DNA from: Chiloscyllium plagiosum
Taxonomy: Eukaryota
Assembly (NCBI RefSeq): GCF_004010195.1
Contig: NC_057751.1
Span: 6,580,863 to 6,644,862 of the forward strand
Direction: 5' to 3'
DNA length: 64,000 bases
The notes beneath the pieces were generated by a model. That model was not told the DNA's origin and made no database searches. It saw only the letters and a program-made list of their open reading frames with translations. Shown piece after piece: positions 38,210 through 49,929 of this stretch (position 1 is its first letter; each line of letters begins with the position of its first letter). Both the position numbers and the translations under genes were made by a program.

Positions 38210-39240
38210 TATTTTTTATTTGTTCACAGGGTTTGGATCTCACTGACGAGGCCAGAATTTGTTGTCTGTCCTGAATTGCTCTTGAAAAGATGATGGTGAG
38301 TTGTTTTCTTCAATTGCTCCAGTTCATGATAGTATGGTGCACCCGTACTACCCCTGAAAGGGACTTTCAGGACTTTGATCCAATGATAGTGACAGAATAG
38401 CACTATCTTCCCAGGATGGTGTGTGTGTTAGAGGAGGTCTTAATGTTCCTGGTACTCTTGAAGGCACTGGTGCTCCTTCTGGGTGGTAGGGCTTGTGGGT
38501 TTGCAAGTGCTATAGAAGAAGCCAAGGTGAATTTCTGCAGTGCAATTTGTTGAGGGTATACACTGCTACCACTGTATGTCCATGGCAGAGGATATGAATG
38601 TTGAAGGTGTTGGATGATGTCCAAATCAAGTGTGCTGCAATATCCTGGATTGTTTTGAGATTCTTGAGTATTGTTTAGCTGTATCCATCCAGACAAGTAG
38701 GTAGTATTACACTCTTGACTTGCGCCTTTGGAAAGTGGACAGGCACTGGGCATTAGGACGTAAGTTATTCATGGCAGAATTCCTAGCCTCTGACCTGTTA
38801 TTGTAGCCATAGTATTTCTATGGTTAGTCCAATTCAGTTTCTGGTTAATGATAACCCGTAAAATGTTGATAATGGGGATTCAGAGATGTTTATGCCAATG
38901 AATGTCAAGGGGAGATGCTGAGATTTTTCCTGTTGGAGACTACCATTGCTTGGCACTTGTGAGGTGTGAATGTTCCTTGGCAATTTTTGGTCCAAGCCTT
39001 GATGCTGTCCAAATCTTATTTACATCTGGACATGATTCCTCAGATACTGAAGTAGTCTGCTAATCGTACTGAAAATTGATGAACGTGCCCACCTCCAAAC
39101 TTAGTTTGGAAAGAAGGTCAATGATTAAGCAGTTGATGATTGGAATTTGGAGACTTTCTTGAGGAACTCACGCAGTATGCTGTCGAGGGATTGAGATGAT
39201 TGACCTCCTGTTATCACAATCACCTTCCTTTCTGCTTGGA
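38210..39240 (-). mobile_element. CR1/L2-group LINE 3' 1 kb
   Basis: Reverse-complement similarity to 13400-14600 ('gtatccatccagacaagt', 'ttgtagccatagtattt', 'gaatgtcaaggggagatg'). Confidence 0.78.
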
Positions 39241-40559
39241 TTCATGCCAATGCACTGTCAGTATGGCAACAGCCCAGTCCTTACTGAATAGTCCAAATGA
39301 AGCAAAAGATAGAGCAGAAATTTAGTTTGATGTTCACTTCTACTGGTACCCTGTTCAATTGCTGCTCCTTGATGATATCCAGGAGTTGGCACAACTTAAT
39401 TCTTTGATTCTGGCATCCACCTGACATCCAGATACATTATGCATTGGTGGATCCTGAGTTTCATTAGATTTCCTAAATTCAGATCTGCATTTTCACATCT
39501 GATGGCTTTCAGTTCTTTTACTAACTAAAACTGCCTACCCTGGTCTCTGGCAGATCTCTGCAGGATCCTCAAATGGGAAAAAGTGACCATAATGAAATTA
39601 TATAAAATCTTGGGTATAATTTACTGTTGCAAGGTTAACCACTCAATCACCAGTTAATAAAAACAAATTGCAGGAGATGTGACTGTTCAAATTTGCATTG
39701 CTAATTTGTCTAACCAAACCATCATGCAAGAGTGGAGTGGATTCAGTTATTATCCTCTTCTTGATCGAGTAGTTTGTGAAAGTGATGTCTCAGAATGCAT
39801 TAAGAATCATTATTTGAATGAGGGTTCCCATCAGCCAAGAAACAATAGCATTATTATCACACCATTATCAGGGGAGGCGCCAAAATGACCATGTTAAAAA
39901 AATTATATACTTTCTCCTCCTCTCTGACAGCTGCAGTAGCCTCCAAATCTCTGTACTGTGTTCATTCAATGACATAGAGTGGTGTCAGAGCACACCCCTG
40001 CATCACAGTGCCTTACAGCAGCTATCTACAATAGAAATTTCCCCAAATTGCAAAAGCACACCATCTGTCTCCAGTTTTCAAAAATAAGCTTCAGTGAACT
40101 CAAAATCAGTCAGCATACAAGATATGAAAGGCACAGCAATACTAATATGTCAGTGAGTGAATCAGATTTGCACAGCACACTTGGCCTTTCGAATTTTGTG
40201 TTAAATATCACATTGAGGTTCATTTCAAACTGTAAGGAAATTTGATTTCATTTTGCTTTTTCCTCTCAGATAATCTCTCAAAGTGCATTGCATGCATCAA
40301 GTTACTTTAAGATGCACTGCAAGCAAGTGTGGAAGCCACTTTTTGCACAAGGACAACTTGGTATTGAGTGCAAAATGCAAGTTGCACCAAGACACTCCCT
40401 GCTTTACGTGAAATAGTGTTTTGGATTTGCGTTTTGGAGATTTTCCACATCCATCTGAGCATGATTGCATTCACACATACGACAATGCAGCACTCTGGCA
40501 CAGTCTTTCAGAGAGGTGTGATTCCACAAATCTTCAAATTTAGACTTGCATCCTAACTT

Positions 40560-41200
40560 TCATAGGTTATTACAGTCCAGAAGTCAGCTATTCAGCTCGT
40601 CATGTCAGAGAGTCATTACAGGTCAGTAGAAGCCATTTGATCTATCAGGTCTGTGCTGGTTGCCTATGAAAAATCCAGTCAACCCAATCCCCTGCTGTAT
40701 CCCTGCAGCCCATTCTTTGGGTGAACTGTCTAAATATTTTCATTCTTCTGTTACTCCATGATCATCATTCAAATTCATTCTTTGTAAGTTTCTCTAAAAT
40801 CTGATACCTCCACAGTTTCAAAGAATGCAATCCAAAACTAGCTGTGATCAGAAATTTTGCGCTCAGTTCCCTTCTCGATCTTCAGCAATTCTTCTTTTAA
40901 AAATCTATGACCATGTTTCTAACCTGTTTGCCAGAGGAAGGTTTTTCCTTATCGAATGTTAACAAAGCCCTTTATAATTTGAATACCTCCTTTTGGTTTT
41001 CTAACCTCTGATAGTCAAAGCAAACTAATTTCAACGTGTGCCTTCTTTCCATTTAGCTCAATTTCCTCATCCTTAATATCTTCCTGGTCAGAATGTTCCC
41101 AGCCTTCGTTGAACTTGGTGCATAGAACAGTACGCAAATGTCCAGTAATTTGTCAAATGGTTAACATGATTTCTTTATTGCTGTCCTCCATGGTCTCCTT
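40560..41200 (-). mobile_element. Very old CR1 3' fragment(s)
   Basis: Tail-like starts 'cataggttattacagtccagaagtcagctattcagc' and 'agagtcattacaggtcagtagaagccatttg', followed by weak CR1-like sequence. Confidence 0.45.
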
Positions 41201-41498
41201 GCACAGCAACATCTCATGTAAAACTTCCTACTCTTTCAAACAACTGTGGTTGAGCCTGCCTTTGACAAGTTCATGCAAGTTGCAGCAAATGCAAAGCCAG
41301 CATAATTCACCATTCGATAGCTTCTCAAAAATGAATAAAAAATGTTCAAGACTTAAACATGCTGAGTCACAATGGTACTTGGATTGCATTGTTGTGTTTT
41401 TTGTGTGAAAGTTTGACTGTTGTATTTGCCCAGAGGCATTTTTGGCAAAACCTAACAGAACAGGAAAGTTACAGAGACTTGTCCTTTTAGTTTTTTTT

Positions 41499-42338
41499 AT
41501 CTGGGAGAACCCAGTACCGATCAGTGGTGAGTCCCCAAGATGGCTGATAAAGGGGTTTGGTGATGGCAGTGTCACGTCAGCAGTACGCATCTGTGCAAGG
41601 GGCATGGAAATAAGCAAAACTCCTTCCATTCTGACCATTCAGGCATTTCCATATCACAAACGACACAGTCCAAGTCAGAGAAAATATAATACCACTTCAC
41701 TAATCCAGTTTAATCCAACCAGAGAAAGCAACTGACTCATCTGATTCATATTTCAGTTCCCAAACTGACCATCAAATTGAATCTTGCAAATGAAATGTTC
41801 AAATTCTTATTGGGTTTTATAGCTATAGCGACTTTATATTGTATATATTTGTATATGTGTCTATATTTTTATATATGAAGTTGTAGGCTGTTGCAAATTA
41901 TATACCTGAACTAAGTGGAAATTCAGTTAATTGAGGTTAGAAACAAGGAGGTTGAGACAAATACAAGATGAAACAATGAACTACAGATGCTGGAAATCTG
42001 AAACAAAAATAGAAATTGCAGGAGAAACTCAGTAGGTCCAGCAGCATCTCTGGAGAAAAAGCAGAGCTAACATTTTGAGCCCATTGATCCTTCTTCAGAA
42101 CTGGACTTGAACCACTAACAGGATTGGTGAAGTGGCATTATTTTCCTATGCCTTGGACCTATGCCGTTTGTGATATGGGAATGGCTGAATGGTCAGAATG
42201 CAAGGAACTTTGCTTATTTCCATGCCCCTTGCACAGATGCTTACTGCTGACGTGACATTGCCATCACCAAACCCCTTTATCAGCCATCTTGGGGACTCAC
42301 CACTGATCAGCAACTGGACTGGGTTCTCTCCATAGATT
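41499..42338. repeat. Inverted repeat: arms at about 41499-41684 and 42141-42338, spacer about 455 bp
   Basis: The core 41519-41662 matches the reverse complement of about 42165-42308 with 7 mismatches in about 144 bp by eye. Confidence 0.95.
41975..42105 (-). mobile_element. PLE-derived terminal fragment inside the inverted-repeat spacer
   Basis: 'acagatgctggaaatctgaaacaaaaatagaaattgcaggagaaactcagtaggtccagcagcatctctggag...cttcttcagaac' is the same family as the 8898 element. Confidence 0.75.
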
Positions 42339-44093
42339 CTGTTGGAACTAGTAAGTTTCTGTTTTTGAGAGAAACACAAGTACTTGGATGTCTCCTTGAA
42401 GAACCATGACCTATAGAAAGACTGATCCATGAAGTAACAGGGTAACTGTAAGTCAGTCAGTGAAACTGATGAATGTGATCTTGACACAGAGAGAACGCTT
42501 GGAGACAGAAGTTGAAATGAAGACTGTCAGAGAATTAGTATTTCATTTGACAATACGAATGCATGTAGTGCAGGGAAGGAGTTGCAATTACTTTATCATC
42601 TAGATTTTGGGTGGAATACAGCGGATACGGGCAACAAACCAGTTCAGCATGATCTGGACCAGTGACAGGATGAGCCTCAGGTTAAGGACAGACAGGACCA
42701 AATTGTCACCTCCACTCCCTGGCTAACATCATTCCAAACCAAGACCTAGTGCAGGACATTGGGATAAGGCTTTTAATCCCACCTCAGCACTCCGATGCAG
42801 CCCCCACCCAAAGATTTCTAGAGGGAGAGTAAAGTTTTATTCTATTATGATGCACTGAGGTTAACCCAAAAGGTGAGCAAACAATAGCTAACCATTTACT
42901 ACTGATTTGTTTGTCACTATATGTCAAAGCAGATTTAATGCATTGGCTTGTATTTCAAATAAAATGGTTGAAAAAAGCCATTGTTCAGCGCGTACAATAA
43001 GCAACAATATTTTTCTCTTTAAAAACGACTTGTGCATTACTACTGCAGTGTTATTTCAAATGTACAAAATATGTCAGTGAAAATGATATGAAAGGGCCTG
43101 TTTGGACGCAAATGCATTTTAAAAGTGATGTGGGGATAGATGACAGATGACAAGAAAGGTAGACAGCAAGATCAAGTCATGTATATTCTGGATCTGTCTT
43201 TGTCTGGTTTACAAAGCTTTTTCCTTGCACAAGAAATGCAAGTTAATGAATGCTTCTGGTGTTTGTACTGCCATCTAGGGCAGTGAACCTGTGATTGGAG
43301 TAGTCTTCTGACACAGTCTTTTTACAACAGAACAATATGAATTATTGTGTATGGTGAACTGATCTTATGTAACTATCTGATAATCTTTGATATTTCCAAT
43401 CTGTCTTCGACATTTTCTTACAGAAAAGATCATTATGACAAAAGTTCATTGGAATGGCATTAACAAAATATTGGCTGTGGAATATTTATGCAGGGATCAT
43501 TAACCATTAAGTAGTCTGACATTTTAATAGTAGTCTGCGCTTGCTTTATCTTGAATAATTCTCTTCTCAAAAGTTAATAAAAAAGATTTCTGTGCAACAA
43601 AATAAAAAAGGTAGTTGCTGATCATAGAAACTGAATCAAATTATGTTTATCATAACACAAGTAAGGTCTTTAGATTTAATATCAATGTTACAAGTTTACT
43701 TCATTGCAGTATAGTTTTCAAATGTGGGATTTGGTGAAGCTTTTGTGTATTTTTGGAAGGAGAAAGGAATTTGTAGCCCAATGTGGTCTGATTTGTCAAC
43801 AAATTTATTGACAAAAATGTATTTTTAAACATTGTTTTCTGATTTTCATGTTGTTGCACAAAAAAATTATTTCAGCGGTAGATTCAAGGGTGGGGGCTAT
43901 TCTGTCCATAATGCTCGTACTGACCTTTTGGTTGACTTGTCCAGTTGACCTAACTTCCCAGCACTGCCTGTACAGCTCCATCAATGTTTCCTTTCAAATA
44001 ATTTTCCAGTTTACTTTTGAATACCATGAATGAATATACTACATCACACCTTTGGTAAGTGCATTCCAGATTACAAATGCTAAAGCAACACCT

Positions 44094-45215
44094 GTTTAAG
44101 AAGGACGGTAAATAGACCAGTGAGCCTGGCCTCGGTGGTGGGCAAGTTGTTGGAGGGAATCCCGAGGGACAGGATGTACATGTATTTGGAAAGGCAAGGA
44201 CTGATTAGGGATAGTCAACATGGCTTTGTGCATGGGAAATCATGTCTCACAAACTCGATTGAGTTTTTAGAGAAGTAACAAAGAGGATTGATGAGGGCAG
44301 AGCAGTAGTTATGATCTATATGGACTTCAGTAAGGTGTTCGACAAGGTTCCCCATGGGAGACTGATTAGCAAAGTTAGATCTCATGGAATACAGGGAGAA
44401 CTAGCCATTTGGATACAGAACTGGCTCAAAGGTAGAAGACAGAGGGGAGTGGTGGAGGGTTGTTTTTCAGACTGGAGGCCTGTGACCAGTGGAGTGCCAC
44501 AAGGATCGGTGNNNNNNNNNNNNNNNNNNNNNNNNNNNNNNNNNNNNNNNNNNNNNNNNNNNNNNNNNNNNNNNNNNNNNNNNNNNNNNNNNNNNNNNNN
44601 NNNNNNNNNNNNNNNNNNNNNNNNNNNNNNNNNNNNNNNNNNNNNNNNNNNNNNNNNNNNNNNNNNNNNNNNNNNNNNNNNNNNNNNNNNNNNNNNNNNN
44701 NNNNNNNNNNNNNNNNNNNNNNNNNNNNNNNNNNNNNNNNNNNNNNNNNNNNNNNNNNNNNNNNNNNNNNNNNNNNNNNNNNNNNNNNNNNNNNNNNNNN
44801 NNNNNNNNNNNNNNNNNNNNNNNNNNNNNNNNNNNNNNNNNNNNNNNNNNNNNNNNNNNNNNNNNNNNNNNNNNNNNNNNNNNNNNNNNNNNNNNNCTTT
44901 TCCCTGGGGTTGGGGAGTCCAGAACTAGAGGGCATAGGTTTAGGGTGAGAGGGGAAAGATATAAAAGAGACCAAAGGGGCAACATTTTCACGCAGAGGGT
45001 GGTACGTGTATGGAATGAGCTGCCAGAGGATGTGGTGGAGGCTGGTACAATTGCAACATTTAAGAGGCATTTGGATGGGTATATGAACAGGAAGGGTTTG
45101 GAGGGATATGGGCCGGGTTCTGGCAGGTGGGACTAGATTGGGTTGGGATATCTGGTCGGCATGGAAGGTTGGATCGAAGGGTCTGTTTCCATGTTATACG
45201 TCTCTATGACTCTAT
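44094..45215 (+). mobile_element. Young HER1/CR1 LINE (RT to tail) spanning the assembly gap, with a 7-bp TSD
   Basis: 'YMDFSKVFDKVPHGRL...SGVPQGSV' before the gap and 'TRGHRFRV...WNELPED' after it. aacacct at 44087-44093 and 45216-45222. Confidence 0.92.
44512..44896. other. Assembly gap (385 N)
   Basis: Run of n seen directly. Confidence 1.
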
Positions 45216-45371
45216 AACACCTCATGTCACCTTTGACTCTTTTGTCAATCAACAAAATCTCTACTCTGGTTCCTGAACCTTTTTATATACCTTATAAAAA
45301 CTATTGAAGTGTTTGGACACCTATATTATATCTGTCTTGAACATTCCCTGTTCTAAGTAAAATTCCAGCTT

Positions 45372-46684
45372 GAGTTTTTGAAGAAGAATCAAAGAGGATT
45401 GATGAGGGCAGAGCAGCGAACATGATCTATATGGACTTCAGTTAGCCATTCAACAAGGTTCCTCACCTGTGCCCGAAACGTCGAATCTCCTGTTCCCTGG
45501 ATGCTGCCTGACCTGCTGTGCTGTTCCAGCAATAAAGTTTCAACTGGTTAGCAAGGTTAAATCACATGGAGTACAGGGAGACCTAGCCATTTCGATAGAG
45601 AGCTGTCTTGAAGATAGAAGACAGAGGGTGATGATGGAGGGTTGGTTTTCAGACTGGAGGCCTGTGACCAGCGGTGTGCCAAAAGGATTGGTACTGGGTC
45701 CACTGCTTTTCATCATTTACATAAATGATTTGCAAGTGAACATAGGAGGTATAGTTAGTAAGCTTGCAGTTGACACTAAAATTAGAGGTGTAGTGAACAG
45801 TGAAGAAGGTTATCTCAGAGTACAACAGGATCTTGATCAAATGGGCTAATGGGCTGAGGAGTGGCAGATGGAGTCTAATTTAGATAAATGTGAAGTGCTG
45901 CATTTTGGAAAAGTAAATCAGGGCAGGATTTAAGCACTTAATGGTAAGGTCCTAGGGGTTGTTGCTGAACAAACTGACCTCAGAGTTTATAGTTCCTTGA
46001 AAGTGGAGTCTCAGGTAGATAGGATAGTGAAGAAAGCATTTAGTATGCTTTCCTTTATTCGTCAGAGCATAGAGTATAGGAGTTAGGAGGTCATGTTGCA
46101 GCTGTACAGGACATTGGTTAGGCCACTTTTGGAATATTGAATGTAATTGTGGTCTCCTTCCTGTAGGAAAGATGTTGTGAAACTTGGAAGGTTCATCAAA
46201 GATTTACAAGGATATTGCCCGGGCTTGAGGGTTTGAGCTATAGGGCGAGGCTGAATAGGCTGGGGCTATTTTCCCTGGAACGTCGGAGGCTGAGGTATGA
46301 CCTTAGAGAAGTTTATAAAATCATAAGGGGCATGGATAGGGTAAATAAACAAGGTCTTTTCCCTTGGTTGGGGGGGGTCCAGAACTGGAGGTCATAGATT
46401 TAGGGTGAGAGGTGAATGATTTAAAAGGGACCTAAGGAGCAACATATTCATGCAGAGTGTGGTATGTATATGGAATGAGCTGCCAGAGGAAGTGGTGGAG
46501 ACGAGTACAGTTACAATATTTAAAAGGCATCTGGTTGGGTACATGAATAGGAAAAGTTTAGAGGGATATAGGCCATGTGCTGGCAAATGGGACAAGATTA
46601 ATTTGGGATATCTGGTCAACATGGACAAGTTGGACTGAAGGGTCTGTTTCTGCGCTGTACATCTCTATGAATCTACGACTCTAT
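45372..46684 (+). mobile_element. HER1/CR1 LINE RT to tail, with a short PLE end inserted at about 45468-45544
   Basis: '[26 protein letters not shown]...LAVDTK', 'WNELPEEVVE'. Insert 'gcccgaaacgtcgaatctcctgttccctggatgctgcctgacc...aataaagtttcaa'. Confidence 0.9.
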
Positions 46685-48557
46685 CTGTCCAGTTAACCAA
46701 AGTCCCCTTATAGTAGTACCACAACAGTAAACAGTCTCTACTTTTCTCTTGCATAATCAAGCCAAAAAGCCCACATTGTATTTTAAAAATCATCTTCTTG
46801 TCTTACCACTGTGAAAACTGGACAAGTTAGAACTCAAAACAAAAGCTTACTCATTCGATTTTTTTTGTTCATTTAATTAAAGTGATGGTTAATCACTGAG
46901 CCACAATCTGCAGCCTTGTGTGACTTGCTTTCACAACAGAACCAAAGTTTATTACATCAAAAAGAACAATTTATCTAAATATCAAAGACAGCTATCAAGA
47001 TCTAAAATGCACAGCCATACAGTTTTTCCAACACCCCACTCTCAACTCTGATCTCCAACATCTGCAGTCCTCACTTTCTCCCATACAAAGGGTCAACCTG
47101 CTCTCCACGTTATCCATTTCAGAGGCTCGAGACCAGAGAAATGACACCTGATATCTCAAACTCTTTAGTCTTCTACTGACTCCTGACAGTTTATTGGCCT
47201 AAAACTGTCAAGACATGCGTATGATGTAAGGAATACCATTCATCACAATAGATCCTTGTGTTTTCTGTTCCTGCAACTCCTTTAAAATTGTACCACTTAG
47301 TTCAAATTCTCCCTTCTCGTGCAGCAATTTGTACAACCTTGCACTAAATTATTGGCCATGTGCTCATTTCAGTCAATCTGCCAATGTTTTGCTGAAGTGT
47401 GATATTCTCCTCCTTGTTGCTTAGAGCATTTCAAAGTTTTGTACTATTTGCAGTCTTTTATGCCCTATATCCCTTGGTCCAGGCTATTAAAACTCATCAA
47501 AAAAGTACTTGCTGTCCCAATACTAACCTCTGAGTTAATGCCAGTGAATACCTCCTGCTATCCGAAAACAACCAATTCTTTGATCAATCCTTCACCATGC
47601 CGATCTGCTTTCAATCAGTAACTATAATTTTTATCCTGTGATGACTGTTCTTTTGATCTCGTGGATTATAATTTTCCTAAGAAGTCAACAATATTTCTCA
47701 CCGAGAAGAATGCCATTCAGTGTCCATATGCAGTTGGCTGGTAAGGTCATGATAGGCATTGTTCCTGAACAGTTGCAATACCCCTTCCAGCAATTTCATG
47801 CAACAGTGTAGTTTGTGGGGTCACTGCATTGGTGTCGGACTAGTATCATCTTTTGGCCAGATGGAAAAAGGATGGGGCGCAGAGGGGGAGGTGTGCAGTT
47901 TCTACTGCTTACTGACATTTGGGAACCAAATTGAGTATTACAAGTGAGAAATTACAATAATTTAAACCTCACTTCTTTGTATTATGCATCTTACTCTTCG
48001 AACTACTCATCCAATAATATTACCACAATACAAACATATCCCTAAATTTCTCTCTTCTTCCAAATCCCAGTGTTGCATCAGATATCACTTCTCAGCCATC
48101 TGTTAGGACATGACTGCTCCCTTGTAACATAACGACTTAACATTGCAGGAATGTTGTTGCTGGGATAATAGCACAGTCACATTCCAAAATCCCAATGTGC
48201 ACTCACCCTCTTTATTTTGCCTCGTAATTTCCTCCAGCTCTGCAATTGGCCTTCCCAAGAACTATGAATTCCTCTGACTCCAGCTTGTGTAACGTTTTTG
48301 CCCTTTATCCAACCATTTGCTATTGAAGTGTAAACATTTCATGTGAATATGTAAGTAAGATAGGCAGCATCAACATTGGGAAACAATATCACATCACATG
48401 GTTATGTAGAGGAGGTAAAGCTGAGGTCATGATCAGTATTAGTATTTGCTGCACTGAAATAAAAGCTGATGTTTGTCATTATCAAAGGAATTTTGCATTC
48501 ATCACTGACCCCTCTCCTGGGCACAATCAAATCAGAACAGCTGACATTTGCCTCCAG

Positions 48558-48682
48558 CAGTCAAAAGGTGTGATGCAGGAAAAGCACAGCCCTGGAGATC
48601 AGAGCCAAAAAGTGGGGCTGTGCTTTTCCAGCGCCATGCTTTTTGACTCTGATCTCCAGCATCTGTGTTCCTCACTTTCACC
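48558..48682. mobile_element. Small rearranged palindromic PLE-end fragment
   Basis: 'ggaaaagcacagccc' is inverted against 'gggctgtgcttttcc'. Tail 'ctctgatctccagcatctgtgttcctcactttc'. Confidence 0.7.
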
Positions 48683-49274
48683 TATTTGTCTCTCGCAGCT
48701 TCGACTCCATCCTTTGGAATTCCTTCTGCCAACCTCTCTACCAACTCCCTGACTTTCTTGAAACCTTTCTCAAGCATTTGCTCACTCCCCTCCTCATATC
48801 TCATTTTGGTTGACATCCATTTTTTCAGATTGCATGAGTAAAGCAGAAGATTTTCCCACAGGATACGTGCATGTATCTGTTTGAAGGTTGTGATAGATGG
48901 CCTAGAATGTTTCTCAGTTTTATTTCCAAGTTTTCAAAAAATTTAGGAACATCAGAACATGAGCAAACTGAAAGATGACAGCAGCAAGTGCCACATTGTT
49001 GGCACTGAGAAGTGTCTCTTCCCATAATTATCTACTTTTGCATTGATACTGCATTTAAACTGCAGTTAAAATCCACAATTACTTTCCATTGTCGGGTACT
49101 TTTAGATGCATGCTGATGAAAATCATATTGCAAATTGCAATTAACAATCTGTTCTTCTGAAGACAAGCTTGTAATTATTTACAGCTCATGTCCTGCCTGG
49201 AACTGACAATTTGATTGGTTAATGAGCTAATGTGAGAGACAGGGGATCAGTGAATGTATTGGGTCAAGGTCTGG

Positions 49275-49913
49275 CGTGACAAAGCTGCTCCTTTAACGAT
49301 GTTATGCGGTCCTTGGCTTTTTTTTTCCCAGAGAAGTCGTAAACAACACAGACTCCAAAAAGTCTGTGGTTGTCAGCTTTTTGGGCCAATTTGATTCCAG
49401 CTCACAGATACTGCCTCAGGCAAAGGTTTTCAAGTTGAAAATAAAAACACTTGTACAATGAAAGGGGATTGGCCAGTTCACCATGCTCAGCTTTTCTCTG
49501 GTTTGGTTTTCGTTTTAGGACTTGTTTAGGAAAAAAGCTACTGGATCCAAAGAAGCAGGTCCAGGCTGGTACCTTCTCTCTCTGACTTCTCTCCTGTAAG
49601 AATGTGCGGTTGATTTTACCTTTCCTGCCAAGGGTTGTTCGGAATTGTTCCAAGTATTTGGAACAGTATCAGTAAGTTGGGATAGTCTGTTGGGTATTTG
49701 GTTATGGTAAATTATTCGGTATTCTGTACTGCTTTGTTTGTGTTTCATTCGTTAATCTTGTAAATAAATTTTGTTTTGTTTAAAACTAAGTGGGCTGACC
49801 AGCAGCATCACTCCTGGAATATCTGTGTTACACCTGCTTAAAACAACTAACAAAGGTAGAGTCTGGGCCACTTCCCTGAAATGTTTTGAGAGGGTCTAGC
49901 CTTGTCCATAACA
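49275..49913 (+). mobile_element. Solo LTR (about 640 bp) with a 4-bp TSD
   Basis: Begins CGTGAC (probably a mutated TG start) and ends ATAACA. Flanked by ctgg at 49271-49274 and 49914-49917. AATAAA at about 49763. A related partial copy lies at 32692-33064. Confidence 0.75.
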
Positions 49914-49929
49914 CTGGCAAGATTATGGA

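Noticed and set aside
41442..42487. Paralogous ORFs in the two inverted arms ('ISGESPRWLIKGFGDG...') as a duplicated gene
   Set aside because: Differences between the arms are mostly non-synonymous, similarity ends at the arm boundaries, and no protein family is recognisable.
44311..45136. Long 160-215 aa ORFs in several frames
   Set aside because: Artefacts of translating through the N gap; the real parts are CR1 RT.
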